Below, one piece after another: positions 48,832 to 59,331 of a stretch of 61,941 nt of DNA. The notes under the pieces were generated by a model, which saw only the letters and a program-made list of their open reading frames with translations, was not told the origin of the DNA and ran no database searches. The position numbers and the translations under genes are program-made. Source of the stretch: an uncultured Nitrospirota bacterium (GTDB taxonomy: Bacteria; CG2-30-53-67); assembly GCA_947259355.1 (NCBI GenBank), contig CAMYMF010000010.1, positions 68,356-130,296 of the forward strand. The letters are read 5' to 3'. Position 1 is the stretch's first letter. Each line of letters begins with the position of its first letter.

Positions 48832-49575
48832 ATGAGCACGAAGGTCCGTCTTCAGAAATTGATCGCGGATGCCGGGGTCGCTTCCCGGCGCGAGGCGGAA
48901 AGGCTGATCCTGGACGGGCTTGTCACGGTGAACGGCCAAGTGGTGTCCCAATTGGGCACGAAGGTCGAACCGGGGAGCTGTCATATCAAGGTGCGGGGTA
49001 AACTGATCCAGCCCCGGACCAGGTTGGTCTATTACGCCCTGAACAAACCGAGTGGTTTCGTCACCACGTTGCACGACCCGGAGGGACGCCCCACTGTACA
49101 AACGTTGCTGCGGGGTGTGCCGCAGCGCCTCCATTCGGTGGGACGGCTCGACTACAACTCAGAAGGGCTTCTGCTCCTCACCAACGACGGTGCGTTGACG
49201 TATGCCCTCACCCATCCCCGTTACCATATTCCCAAGGTCTACCAGGTGAAGGTGAAGGACAAACCGACGGCAGAGAAACTCAAGCGGCTGCGCGGCGGCA
49301 TCCGGCTTCCTGAGGGGGCCACCGGCCGTGCTGAGATTGAAAAGATTCGACACCATCCAGCGAACACCACCTTAGAGATCACCCTCTACGAAGGAAAGAA
49401 AAGGCAGATTCGGCGTATGTTCGAGCAGATTGGGCATCCCGTCCTGAAACTCCGCCGGATCCGTATCGGACCGATCCATCTGGGCGCGCTCCCTCTGGGC
49501 AAAGCCCGGAGACTAGAAGCTTGGGAGATCGACCGCTTGAAGGAAATGGTTGAACAGAAGAGAGCACAAAGATAA
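48832..49575 (+). CDS. rluB: RsuA/RluB-family pseudouridine synthase
   Basis: S4 domain RLQK..A.AGVASRR, NKP.G, VGRLD..SEGLLLLTNDG, QIRRM. Confidence 0.9.
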   Translation: MSTKVRLQKLIADAGVASRREAERLILDGLVTVNGQVVSQLGTKVEPGSCHIKVRGKLIQPRTRLVYYALNKPSGFVTTLHDPEGRPTVQTLLRGVPQRLHSVGRLDYNSEGLLLLTNDGALTYALTHPRYHIPKVYQVKVKDKPTAEKLKRLRGGIRLPEGATGRAEIEKIRHHPANTTLEITLYEGKKRQIRRMFEQIGHPVLKLRRIRIGPIHLGALPLGKARRLEAWEIDRLKEMVEQKRAQR

Positions 49576-49638
49576 TCTTGACAATCTGGTGGACGAAATG
49601 CTAATAAAGTGGGTTAAATATTTTTGGAGGGACTGATC

Positions 49639-49920
49639 TTGGCCAATCACAAATCGGCAATCAAACGGGCACGTCAAAACGCCAAACGCAATGAGCGCAA
49701 TCGACAGCAGCGATCCCGATTGAACACCATGGTGAAGAAGGTGACGGCGGCTGTCTCGGAAAGCAACCCCGAAACCGCGCAGCAGGCGCTGGGAAAGGCT
49801 CTCAGAACCCTGGACAAGAGCGCGTCCCGGGGACTGATCCACAAGAACAAAGCGGCCCGAAAGAAATCCCGACTTGCCCGAGCCGTCAACAAGCTCACCG
49901 CGGGGGCCGAGCCCGGATAG
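49639..49920 (+). CDS. rpsT: 30S ribosomal protein S20
   Basis: TTG start after GGAGG; ANHKSAIKRARQ...IHKNKAARKKSRL. Confidence 0.96.
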   Translation: MANHKSAIKRARQNAKRNERNRQQRSRLNTMVKKVTAAVSESNPETAQQALGKALRTLDKSASRGLIHKNKAARKKSRLARAVNKLTAGAEPG

Positions 49921-50941
49921 CCTCGGAGGGCTTTTTGCCCTCCAGCATTCCGGGACGGCAGATCCGCTGCACAAGCGTCTCCAGGAGGAGCTCCGGCTGC
50001 GGGCCGCTCGTTTTGACGGCTTCATCGATCTTCACGAATTGCCGGTAAATTGTCTCCAGCTCCTCTTCGCGGAAACGGTGGAGTTTCCGGAGAAAGGCTT
50101 CTCCCCGATACCCCATTTTCAACTGAGAAAGGATTTCACGCGAATCAACGCCGCGGCGCATCAGGTTTCGACCGACCCACAGTTTGCGAAACAGTGCTGC
50201 CAGGGCCGATAGAATCAGGAGCAGCGGAACCCCCTCGTCCCGCATGCGCTGAAGAATCTGGAGTGCCCGAGCCCCGTCCCGCTCCCCCACAGCGTCGGCA
50301 AATTCAAAAGGATTGTATTCGCGGGACTGTCCCGACACATGAAGCACATCGGCCGCACTGATGGGCCCCGCCTGCCCTTTGTAGAGCATCAACTTCTCCA
50401 GTTCGTTACGCAGCACCAGAAGTTCACGCCCGTGGGCGTCGTAGAGAAGGCGGGCCCCCTCCGCCTCAATCCCATAGCCCCTCTCCTGCAAAAAACCTCG
50501 GATCCAAGAGACGGTCTCCCGCATATCGTAGGGATGGTAGAAGCGGACCGTAGGCCATTTTTTCTGCAGGCGGGCGTAGAACTTTCGGCGCAGGTCTACT
50601 TTCTCCCCGGTGAAGACGAGACAGGTTTGGGGCGACGGGTTTTCCAGATAGTCGAGCAGTAGGTCCTGCCGGGACGCGCCCATTTGATGCACCCGCTTGA
50701 CGACAATCAGTTTGCGACCGCCAAAGAGGGACTGCGTCTGCGCCGACAGAAGGAGGCGGGCCGCATCCACCTCTGCCCCCTCGTACGCCTCTTCGCTGAG
50801 CGGCTCCTCGTTTCGACCGATGATCTTCGCGCGTATCTGCGCCAAGGCCTCTTCGATGAGGAGCGGCTCGTCCCCGTAAAGCAGACAGACCGCTGGGATC
50901 TCTCCCCGGGCGATCTGCTTTCGAAAGGCTACCGGTTTCAT
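49895..50941 (-). CDS. holA: DNA polymerase III delta subunit
   Basis: LLYGDE, SLFGGRKLIVV, L.NELEKL.LY, F...DA; convergent with rpsT, the usual arrangement. Confidence 0.88.
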   Translation of the reverse strand: MKPVAFRKQIARGEIPAVCLLYGDEPLLIEEALAQIRAKIIGRNEEPLSEEAYEGAEVDAARLLLSAQTQSLFGGRKLIVVKRVHQMGASRQDLLLDYLENPSPQTCLVFTGEKVDLRRKFYARLQKKWPTVRFYHPYDMRETVSWIRGFLQERGYGIEAEGARLLYDAHGRELLVLRNELEKLMLYKGQAGPISAADVLHVSGQSREYNPFEFADAVGERDGARALQILQRMRDEGVPLLLILSALAALFRKLWVGRNLMRRGVDSREILSQLKMGYRGEAFLRKLHRFREEELETIYRQFVKIDEAVKTSGPQPELLLETLVQRICRPGMLEGKKPSEAIRARPPR

Positions 50942-51046
50942 GGTCTCCCAGGGAGAAAGGGGGTCACCGAGGCTGCACCCGGTCTTGAAATCACGGGGCT
51001 TCCGAACCAGCCCCTGACCGGGATACGGCATCCGTTGCCATCGGGC

Positions 51047-51793
51047 TTAGAGCGTGCCACAGGGGGGCGAGGTCTCATGGACTTTCCGGACACCGCACCT
51101 GTCCAGGGGCTTCTGACCCACGTGATAGATTCCCTCCGACGCGCCCCGGGCAAAGACGACACTCCGTTCCGACTCGGGAGGGTGGCAGACGATCTTGGTC
51201 GACTCCCAGAAGGTTGTCACGAGTTTGCGGGAAAAACCGTAAATCGCGACCGGGCTGTTTTCGGGGATGACGACCCGGGAGGAACAGAAGTGAAGCCGGG
51301 CCGCATAATCGGCGTGATAGGAGATGACCCCACCGGTGCGCACATGAAAGAAGGGGAACGAGGTCCGGATGGGCAGGGCCACTCGATGCACATTGAAAGA
51401 GATTTCAATCACCTTTTCGCCGTTGCAGCGAATCTTGAGGCCATGGCGGTTGTCCTGCTGTCGCCACTGGAAGGATGCGCCCTCCTTGCGCAGGCCCCAG
51501 GCTCCCTTGGACCCGGAGAGGCCGTCCGATGAGTCCATCATGGAGCAGGGAACATAAAAACCCTTTTTGTTCTTATAACGCACGAGCGCCGGGAAAACGC
51601 TGAATTCACTGACCGCTCCCAAGTCCCCTTGCTGATAGGACGCGGCATAGAACCCACCGAGGGTCACACCGGGCATGACTTCAGCCACGGTCAGCGGAGA
51701 CGGCACAAAGTCCGACACCCGTTTCGACGAAACCAGATAGCCGATGATCATACAGAAACCGCCCAGTTTCCGCGGGGGCCTTTCACCGCTCAT
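51047..51793 (-). CDS. hypothetical protein, possibly acetoacetate-decarboxylase-like fold
   Basis: VPSPL, TLGG...A.Y, SEF..PALV, WGLRKE.A.F.W pattern. Confidence 0.55.
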   Translation of the reverse strand: MSGERPPRKLGGFCMIIGYLVSSKRVSDFVPSPLTVAEVMPGVTLGGFYAASYQQGDLGAVSEFSVFPALVRYKNKKGFYVPCSMMDSSDGLSGSKGAWGLRKEGASFQWRQQDNRHGLKIRCNGEKVIEISFNVHRVALPIRTSFPFFHVRTGGVISYHADYAARLHFCSSRVVIPENSPVAIYGFSRKLVTTFWESTKIVCHPPESERSVVFARGASEGIYHVGQKPLDRCGVRKVHETSPPCGTL

Positions 51794-51846
51794 ACCGATC
51801 TCCGCCTCATTGGTTCGCCCCATCTGGCGAATTCTGATGCAAGTGG

Positions 51847-52296
51847 CTAGCGCCGCCGGAACCGCTGCTGCGCCGCCCGAATCAGCGGAACACTGACGAT
51901 GTAGATCGTGATGGCCACCGCCAGCCCGAGCACAACACTTCCCAGCATCGTCGGGTAGAAGACCGACCAGCTGGCGTGCAGGATCGTTTCCGGGTTCAGC
52001 GAAAGCTTCTTCACGCCCACCGGGCCGGGCCCCAGAATCCACCGTCCGATCCTGTATTCGAGCAGGAAGACGAATGACAGCGTCACCGGATTCCCAACCC
52101 AGGAACTGAGCACCGCCGTAAACTTGTTTCCACGGACCACCAGAGCCAGTGAAAGGGCCAGGAGCGTATGAAATCCGATCAGGGGCGTCAGCCCTGCGAA
52201 GACCCCCACCCCCAAACCCCGCGCAATCTCTTCCGGTTCGCTGCGCATCCGGACGAAGCGAAGATAGAGATACCGCAGTGTCCGTTCCAGCTTCAC
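51847..52296 (-). CDS. DUF2062 family membrane protein
   Basis: PEEIARG..VGVF.G.TP..G, N.......W..NP.T. Confidence 0.85.
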   Translation of the reverse strand: MKLERTLRYLYLRFVRMRSEPEEIARGLGVGVFAGLTPLIGFHTLLALSLALVVRGNKFTAVLSSWVGNPVTLSFVFLLEYRIGRWILGPGPVGVKKLSLNPETILHASWSVFYPTMLGSVVLGLAVAITIYIVSVPLIRAAQQRFRRR

Positions 52297-52431
52297 ATCC
52301 CCGCCTCGCCCAGCGTTTCGTCAGAGAGGGCGGCGATCCGGGCCGTTCCGACGGAACCTGTCTGCATTCTATGCAAAAACCCTTTATCTGTCAACGAAAT
52401 AGGCGTGATGATCGCAGGACGGCGCCTTGTC

Positions 52432-53700
52432 TCAATAGAAGCGGTGCTCTTTCGTAATGACGGTGATACCCGAATCGGTCACATGAAAATGACGAGCATC
52501 TTCATTGGGATGGAACCCGATGATGGAATTGGGAGGAATCTCCACCCCCTTTTCAATGATGGCCTTCTTGATCTGGGAGTGGCGGCCGATGTTGACGTCC
52601 TCCATCACCACCGACTGGCTCACCGTGCAGAAGCTGTTGACCCGCACATTGGGTGCCAGAACGGTGTTCTGGATCTTGCCCCCGCTGATAATGCATCCTC
52701 CGCACACGATGGAATCGAGGGCAATCCCCATCCGGCCACCGGCATACGCCTGAGCAAAGACAAACTTGGCGGGCGGTTCCTGTCCCTGATAGGTTCGGAT
52801 CGGCCAGTCCCGGTCATAGAGATTGAAAACGGGACTGACCGCCGCCAGATCCATGTTCGCTTCCCAGTACGAATCAAGCGTGCCCACATCCCGCCAGTAG
52901 GCCGGCTTGCCCGTTTTTTTGTCCTTGAAATTATAGGCATACACGTTGCGTTCCCGGGCCATCCGGGGGATGACGTTCTTGCCGAAATCGTGGTCCGACT
53001 CGCTGTCCGCGGCATCCCGCACCAGCCCTTCTATGAGCGGCGGCAAACTGAAGACGTAAACGCCCAGGGAGATGAGGCAGCTGTCCGGATTTTGGGGCAG
53101 GGTTTTGGGATCGGCCGGCTTCTCCTGAAACCCGACAATCCGTTGATTCTCGTCCACCTGAATCACGCCGAAGGCGCTCGCTTCATGGCGGTCGACCTCC
53201 AGGGCGGCCACCGTGGCCTCCGCCTGTTGGGCGATGTGATAGCGAATCAGGTCGCCGTAGTCCATTTTGTAGATGTGATCCCCGGAGAGAACCAGAAGAT
53301 AGCGGGGAGACTCCTTTCGGATGGAATAGAGATTCTGATAGATGGCGTCGGCCGTCCCGAGGTACCAGCTTTCATCGATGCGCTGTTGCGGCGGCAGGGG
53401 CACAACGAACTCCCGCAGTGTGCTGCTGAGGAACCCCCACCCAAGGCGGATGTGTCGTTCCAGTGAATAGGACTTGTACTGGGTCAGAACGAAGACTTGC
53501 TTCAAACCTGAATTGACACAGTTGCTGAGGGTGAAATCGATGATGCGATACTTGCCGCCAAAGGGGACGGCCGGTTTGGCCCGATCAACGGTCAGCGGAT
53601 AGAGCCGGCTTCCCTTGCCGCCCGCCATGATCACCGCCAGGACGTCTCGGGCCCGCACCTCCGAGGGTTCGAGCAACACCATCTCGACTGACTCCCCCAT
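52432..53700 (-). CDS. glgC: glucose-1-phosphate adenylyltransferase
   Basis: [59 protein letters not shown]. Confidence 0.96.
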   Translation of the reverse strand: MGESVEMVLLEPSEVRARDVLAVIMAGGKGSRLYPLTVDRAKPAVPFGGKYRIIDFTLSNCVNSGLKQVFVLTQYKSYSLERHIRLGWGFLSSTLREFVVPLPPQQRIDESWYLGTADAIYQNLYSIRKESPRYLLVLSGDHIYKMDYGDLIRYHIAQQAEATVAALEVDRHEASAFGVIQVDENQRIVGFQEKPADPKTLPQNPDSCLISLGVYVFSLPPLIEGLVRDAADSESDHDFGKNVIPRMARERNVYAYNFKDKKTGKPAYWRDVGTLDSYWEANMDLAAVSPVFNLYDRDWPIRTYQGQEPPAKFVFAQAYAGGRMGIALDSIVCGGCIISGGKIQNTVLAPNVRVNSFCTVSQSVVMEDVNIGRHSQIKKAIIEKGVEIPPNSIIGFHPNEDARHFHVTDSGITVITKEHRFY

Positions 53701-53841
53701 GGCTGTTGCGTTGCTATCAGAAAGCTACGCCACCCCGGCAGGACAGGTCAAAGTGGGATGGCTCTCGGTCAGAATCTACACAAAAAACAGGAACGGGTCA
53801 AGGGCTTGGCCCCGCCGCCGTGCACTTTCTGGCCCCCGCGA

Positions 53842-56610
53842 TTATCGGCCGTTGCCGTTTTCCGCCTCCAGGGCCGCGAGCAGCGCCTCCCGGACGTGCC
53901 GACACTTTGCCTCGTCCACAATCTTGTGGCCGAACACATCGCTCACGTAAAAGGCGTCGATGGCCCGATCCTGCTCGGTGGTCACCTTAGCGAAATGAAT
54001 ATAGACACCGCGAGCCGCCAGGCAGGACGTGATGGTGTAGAGCAAACCTATGCGATCCTCCGCATGCACGTCAATGACGGTGTACTGATCGGAGACGGTG
54101 TTGTCGAAGAAGACCCGGGGAGGAATGGGTCGCCCCTTACGGGGAATCATATAGGCGGGGCTCTGCTGCGCCATCAACATTTGCGCGACGCTGCTCGTCC
54201 GCTCCACCGCTGTGCGCAAGGCGCCCTCGATTCCGGCCCAGTACGCAGGGTCTTCCCGTTTCTGCTCATCGGGTGATGTGAGGTGGACACAGTCGATGAC
54301 GACCCCCTGCCGGGTGGTGAAGATACGGGCGCCGAGGATATTGATGCCCCGGGCGGCCAGCACACCGGCAATGCGGGAAAAGAAACCGGGCGTATCCGAG
54401 TCGTAGGTACAGATGTTCAGCTCAGTGTACCCTCGATCGGGATAGTGGTCCCACTGGGTGACAAATCCCTCCTGCTGGACCCGATGAATCATGGAGATGT
54501 GCGTCAACACTTGGGGGTGCCGGGTTGAGAGCAGGTAATGCTCCGGCAGCGTCTGGAGGATCTCCCGGATCTGCTCTGTCTTCAGACCTGCCTCCCCCGC
54601 GACCCCCGAGGTCATGACACGTTCGCGAATCCTCTCCAGACGTTCCCCCGAAGCCTTCGTGAGGTCGGCCCCCGCCCCATCGCGCAATGCCTTGCGGACC
54701 CTGCTGTGGATCTCGCGCAGCAGGGTGTCCTTCCAGTCGCTCCAACCACCGGGCCCCACCCCCTGGCTGTCACAGTAGGTGACAAGTGTCAGCATGTTGA
54801 GCCGAGCCGTATCGCCTACCACACGGGCGAGTTGAGCGATGAGCCGCGGATCGTGCAGGTCGCGCCGCTGCGAAAGATGGGATAGGACGAGATGGTTGCG
54901 TACCAGAAACTCGACGGTCCGGCTCTCCCCCACAGGGAATCCCATCCGGTCCATCATCACAGGAATGGCCTTGCCTCCTCTGTGAACATGCCCCTCGCCC
55001 ATGGCCTTGCCAATATCGTGCAGCAGCAGAGCCAGATAGATGATTTCCGGTTTATCCACAGAGCGCACCAGCTCGGCATAGAAACGCTGCGCGGGGTACG
55101 GGCTTCCCCGCAGACGCTCAAAGTGTTCCAGGGCCAGCAGGGTGTGTTCATCCACCGTGTAGGTGTGGTACAACTCGTGCTGCACCAACGCCGTCAGCGC
55201 ACCAAACTCAGGAATGTATTTGCCCAGCAGACGGAGCTCATGCATCTGCCGCAGGGTAGCTGTCACCCCCCCCTGTGCCCGCAGGATCCGCACGAAGTTG
55301 TCCCGGACCCCGTCCGAGCTGCGAAACGCCGCACCGACCTTGCCCAGGGCGCCCACGATCTTCTCCTGCGTTGCATCGGCCAGCGGCGCTTGGTAACGCT
55401 GCGATAGAACAAAGATCTCCATGAGCCGTTCCGGCTCCCGCTGAAAGAGGTTCCCCGCCCCCTCCGGCAGGCAGAGCTGGTTGTCTACCAGGGCGAAGAC
55501 CTTGGCGATGGCCTTCCTGCGACCTCCAAAGCCGGGAAATCTGCGACGACCGGCGGGGGCTGAGCAGCGGTTCATGAGTCGCTTGGTAAAATAGCGCACA
55601 TTGCGGGCATGCAGATAATAGCCCCGCATGAAACGCTCCACCGCCAGATAGTGCTTGAGATCCTTGTATTTGAAAAAGGCGGCCAGCTGCTCCTGCATAT
55701 CCATGGTCAGCGCGTCGTTGCGCCGTCCACTCAAATAGTGCAGGTGATTGCGAACTTTCCAGAGGAATTCCAGCGAGTGCAGAAGAATCCGTTCCTCTCG
55801 GCCCGAGAGGATCCCCTTGTCCTTCAGGTCCGACAGCGAATCGACCCCGTATTTCACTTTGGCGATCCAAAGAGCCGTATGGATATCCCGCAGTCCCCCC
55901 ATCCCCTCCTTGACGTTTGGTTCCTTCACATAGAGGGAATTCCCGAATTTGATGTTACGGTCGTGGACGTCCCGGATCTTGGTCTTGAGATAGGCCCCTG
56001 CGTTGCGCCGGACGATCTTCTGCCGGGACTCCTCGCGGAAAATGCGGTAGAGTGCTTCATGGCCTGCGAGAAAACGCGATTCGATGAGAGAGGTCTTTCC
56101 TTTGATGTCCGTGGCGGCCAGTTCGACACAGTTGGCCACAGTCCGTATGCTGTGGCCCACATCCAGGTTGAGGTCCCACATCAGATATAAGCAGTGCTCG
56201 GACAAGGCGCGGCTCGGCGCATCGATCTCCTTGTGCGTCAGGAACATGACGTCCAAGTCCGAGTACGGATTGAGCTCTCCCCGGCCGTAGCCGCCGAGGG
56301 CCACCAGTGCGCAGCGCACGGCGTCCGCTTCGATGCCGGCAAAGCGCCGGGCCGTGTTGAACAATTCCATGAGCACCGCATCAGTCCAGCCTGTGATGCG
56401 CTGCACGATTTCGGTCCCGCCGCCCCCGGCAAGATGGATCTCACGGATACGCTCGCGCCCGTCCTGGAGAACCGACTTGAGCAGCGTCACATAGGCGCTG
56501 CGGTCGGTTTCGAGGGGCCGCGCCACACCGCCCTCGCGCAGCCTCCGGTCAAGCTCAGCGCAATATTCCCCTAGCAATGCGTTGTAAGGCAGCGCCCTTC
56601 GTCCCTTCAT
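53842..56610 (-). CDS. glnD: [protein-PII] uridylyltransferase
   Basis: GGYGRGEL.PYSDLD, EPNVKEG.GGLRD, H.YTVDEH, LLHDIGK, two C-terminal ACT domains. Confidence 0.95.
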   Translation of the reverse strand: MKGRRALPYNALLGEYCAELDRRLREGGVARPLETDRSAYVTLLKSVLQDGRERIREIHLAGGGGTEIVQRITGWTDAVLMELFNTARRFAGIEADAVRCALVALGGYGRGELNPYSDLDVMFLTHKEIDAPSRALSEHCLYLMWDLNLDVGHSIRTVANCVELAATDIKGKTSLIESRFLAGHEALYRIFREESRQKIVRRNAGAYLKTKIRDVHDRNIKFGNSLYVKEPNVKEGMGGLRDIHTALWIAKVKYGVDSLSDLKDKGILSGREERILLHSLEFLWKVRNHLHYLSGRRNDALTMDMQEQLAAFFKYKDLKHYLAVERFMRGYYLHARNVRYFTKRLMNRCSAPAGRRRFPGFGGRRKAIAKVFALVDNQLCLPEGAGNLFQREPERLMEIFVLSQRYQAPLADATQEKIVGALGKVGAAFRSSDGVRDNFVRILRAQGGVTATLRQMHELRLLGKYIPEFGALTALVQHELYHTYTVDEHTLLALEHFERLRGSPYPAQRFYAELVRSVDKPEIIYLALLLHDIGKAMGEGHVHRGGKAIPVMMDRMGFPVGESRTVEFLVRNHLVLSHLSQRRDLHDPRLIAQLARVVGDTARLNMLTLVTYCDSQGVGPGGWSDWKDTLLREIHSRVRKALRDGAGADLTKASGERLERIRERVMTSGVAGEAGLKTEQIREILQTLPEHYLLSTRHPQVLTHISMIHRVQQEGFVTQWDHYPDRGYTELNICTYDSDTPGFFSRIAGVLAARGINILGARIFTTRQGVVIDCVHLTSPDEQKREDPAYWAGIEGALRTAVERTSSVAQMLMAQQSPAYMIPRKGRPIPPRVFFDNTVSDQYTVIDVHAEDRIGLLYTITSCLAARGVYIHFAKVTTEQDRAIDAFYVSDVFGHKIVDEAKCRHVREALLAALEAENGNGR

Positions 56611-57329
56611 GGCTGTTTCGACACCGGCGGACGGGGCGTCATCAGCCCCTGATCCACAAAACTGACATAATGCCCGTCCCCGATCACTAGATGGTCCAGC
56701 ACGGGAATGCCGATCACTTCACCCGCCTTGACCAGCCGTCGGCTCAACGCCAGGTCCTCGGGGCTCGGGGTGGGGTCGCCGCTCGGATGATTGTGGATAA
56801 GAAGCACCGATGCAGAGGACTCCCGAATGGCCGGGGCAAACACTTCCCGGGGATGCACGAGACATGATGTGAGACTCCCCGTGGCGATCGTCACGGTCCG
56901 GATCACACGGTTTTTGCCGTTCAGCAGCACCACCTGGAAGATCTCTTTTTTCAGGTCCCGCAGATAGGGGGCGCAGGCCTCGAAAACATCCCGACTTCCC
57001 CGCAGCGGCATTCCCTGCTGCAGCGGCTGGGCCTGGACTCGCCGCCCCAGCTCCAGCGCAGCCATGACCTGGGCTGCTTTGGCCGGCCCGATACCGGACA
57101 CAGACGCCATCTCGGCGAACCCCGCAGCACTGAGCGCCCGCAGATTCTCAAAACGGCTCAGAAGATCGCGGGCAACACCGACGGCACTCCGTCGCGCATG
57201 GCCAGTGCGAAGGAGAACGGCCAGCAGCTGCCCATCGGAGAGGGCCTCGGGCCCATACCGCAGGAGCCGCTCCCGGGGTCGCTCCTCTTCGGGCCATTCC
57301 CGGATGGAAGAACACCCTCTTTCAGACAT
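56607..57329 (-). CDS. radC: RadC/JAB-domain protein
   Basis: RPRERL, GIGPAKA, VHPREVF, HNHPSGDP.PS.ED, LDHLVIG. Confidence 0.93.
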   Translation of the reverse strand: MSERGCSSIREWPEEERPRERLLRYGPEALSDGQLLAVLLRTGHARRSAVGVARDLLSRFENLRALSAAGFAEMASVSGIGPAKAAQVMAALELGRRVQAQPLQQGMPLRGSRDVFEACAPYLRDLKKEIFQVVLLNGKNRVIRTVTIATGSLTSCLVHPREVFAPAIRESSASVLLIHNHPSGDPTPSPEDLALSRRLVKAGEVIGIPVLDHLVIGDGHYVSFVDQGLMTPRPPVSKQP

Positions 57330-57600
57330 GCCCATCCTCCTTTGTAGCATACCGGATTGCGGAAATATGAGAAAGTCAGGTCTGGGGCTGGCAAAGGAGG
57401 CATCTAGAAGTCTATCGGGGTCGAGCCGGCTCCTGTCGGACGAGTAGCATAGCGCGTTGCCCACCATCCGTCAAGCAGATACGGGGCGCCTCTCGGCGGC
57501 CACATCCTGGGCCGAAGGCAACCTGCCGGAAATTCTGCCGCACTGCGACAGGCATGGAATGACAAAATGACAAAGAGAGGGGAGTGCACCAGATTTTCTC

Positions 57601-57629
57601 TTGAACCAGATATTAAAATATAGTAATAT
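57601..57629 (+). promoter_or_regulatory. putative promoter of the multiheme cytochrome with overlapping inverted repeat
   Basis: TTGAAC-17-TAATAT; ATATTA-N8-TAATAT. Confidence 0.45.
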
Positions 57630-57676
57630 CATCGACCGATCAGCGTTGGGGGGCGCTTGTTTTGTGCACAGCCATC

Positions 57677-57818
57677 GTAACTGCTCAGGTTGCTTCTATT
57701 TTCCCGCAGGACAAGGCGTGAGGAGCGCAAAACCGGAGGCGTATTTTTCATACGTTGAGGATTTGAGCACCGCAACAAGGCAGTCATGCGGGACAAGAGA
57801 GGTGATCTGAGCAGTTAC
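57677..57818. mobile_element. 142-bp MITE/REP-like inverted-repeat element
   Basis: Perfect 12-bp termini GTAACTGCTCAG/CTGAGCAGTTAC; imperfect pairing extends to about 36 bp. Core shared with 43293-43473. Confidence 0.7.
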
Positions 57819-57845
57819 CAGCAATCAAGCTTCCGGAGGATCACC

Positions 57846-58841
57846 ATGAACATCTTCAAGCAGAAACTGACCGGTAAAGGACGCCTCATCATCGCCATCC
57901 TCTCGCTGATCATCCTCATCGGCGGTGGCAGCGCCGCCTACCATCTGCATGACTTCACCGAAAACAACCCGAAGTTCTGTGTCAGCTGTCACTTGATGCA
58001 GGAAGCCTATGACGCATGGGACAAGAGCGTACACAATCAGATCAATTGCCATGACTGCCACTACGCCACACCCCGGGAGCAGAATCGCATGCTGGTCATG
58101 ACCCTGCTGCAGCGTCCGGAAGCCGTCGAGCCCCGGCACGGCAAGATCATCGTCCCGTGGAAATTCTGCTACAAATGCCACTGGGAGACGGATGAGCGCT
58201 ACAGCCAAGCACCCAACATCGCCAAATCAAGGGGCCATGCCAAGCACGTCTTCACCGAACAGCTCGAGTGCTCGCAGTGCCACGCATACATCAAAGAAAA
58301 CAAGGAGGGACTCCACCACTTCCTGCCCAGCGAGCGCTTCTGTCTTAAATGCCATGAAGGCAAGGAAGTGCACGGCCTCGGCATGGAGGGGCTGGCCTGT
58401 CTGGCCTGCCACACCGACCAGACTGCGGACATCCGCCCGAACCGCGACAAGTGTCTGACCTGCCACGGCGACGCAGACCAGCGGGCCAAGATCGCCCTGG
58501 CCCCCAGGACCGTCGACACGAAGCACTTCATACCCGACGCGGACACGATCCAGCAGGCATCAACTCTGGATGTCCGGTTCCCCGCAGGTGCACCCATGGA
58601 GTTTGACTGCCACACCTGCCATCAGCCCCACGGCAAGGTCAAACCGGAGCAATCGCACTGCTTCAGCTGCCACCGTGAGATTCAGAAGGTCGGCAAGCAC
58701 GACATGCACATCAACAATGTGGGCATGGAGTGCATCCAGTGCCACCAACCCCATGAATGGAAAGTAAACAAAGAGGCCGCGCAGGAGACCTGTACCATGT
58801 GTCATGAGTACAAGGACCCCGATGCGTTTCTCTCGCGCTGA
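57846..58841 (+). CDS. membrane-anchored multiheme c-type cytochrome (11 CxxCH motifs)
   Basis: N-terminal TM helix and NapC/NirT-like start (P.FCVSCH.M); CVSCH, CHDCH, CYKCH, CSQCH, CLKCH, CLACH, CLTCH, CHTCH, CFSCH, CIQCH, CTMCH. Confidence 0.93.
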   Translation: MNIFKQKLTGKGRLIIAILSLIILIGGGSAAYHLHDFTENNPKFCVSCHLMQEAYDAWDKSVHNQINCHDCHYATPREQNRMLVMTLLQRPEAVEPRHGKIIVPWKFCYKCHWETDERYSQAPNIAKSRGHAKHVFTEQLECSQCHAYIKENKEGLHHFLPSERFCLKCHEGKEVHGLGMEGLACLACHTDQTADIRPNRDKCLTCHGDADQRAKIALAPRTVDTKHFIPDADTIQQASTLDVRFPAGAPMEFDCHTCHQPHGKVKPEQSHCFSCHREIQKVGKHDMHINNVGMECIQCHQPHEWKVNKEAAQETCTMCHEYKDPDAFLSR

Positions 58842-58865
58842 GCGGCTCCTACAGACGATGCAGAT

Positions 58866-58900
58866 AAAGCCCCGGGGCAGCTTTTCCGGGGCTTTTTCTT
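58866..58900 (+). terminator. intrinsic terminator
   Basis: AAAGCCCCGG...CCGGGGCTTTTTCTT. Confidence 0.75.
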
Positions 58901-58990
58901 GCAACGGGCGCACACAGCGTGCGGCCATGGGTCCGAGTTCACATCTCGATGGAATTGGGGAGCAGAGAGGTTGCAAAGAAGCGATTGAGG

Positions 58991-59218
58991 CTAGCGTATC
59001 AGGATCATGAAGATAACGTAACCGATCATCACGAACCCGCAGAAGGCCAGTTTCATCAGAATATTGACCAACTTCCCTTCTCTGAGCTCAATGGTGCCAT
59101 CTCCGAAAACGATGTCATCGTTCAGTATACTCAGGAGCGCGAGGGTCAGGGCGATGAGAATTGCCAGCATGATCAGGGACAGGGTGACGACCTTGGCAAA
59201 AACGATTAATTCATGCAT
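58991..59218 (-). CDS. small 2-TM hypothetical protein
   Basis: AGGAGAG RBS; two hydrophobic helices. Confidence 0.6.
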   Translation of the reverse strand: MHELIVFAKVVTLSLIMLAILIALTLALLSILNDDIVFGDGTIELREGKLVNILMKLAFCGFVMIGYVIFMILIR

Positions 59219-59303
59219 GGGTGTCTCTCCTGCTGCGAATGAATGCTGAATAAGCTATATGCGAATTACCCTGCCATGTCAACAGATATTTTCTAAAAAA
59301 GGT

Positions 59304-59331
59304 TTGACAAAGCCTCCGGACATGCTATCAT
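59304..59331 (+). promoter_or_regulatory. sigma70 promoter of the molybdoenzyme operon
   Basis: TTGACA-16 bp-TATCAT with extended TGn. Confidence 0.65.

Noticed and set aside
56607-57329. radC as a marker of a mobile element
   Set aside because: It is the full-length chromosomal type, coupled to glnD, with no mobility genes nearby.
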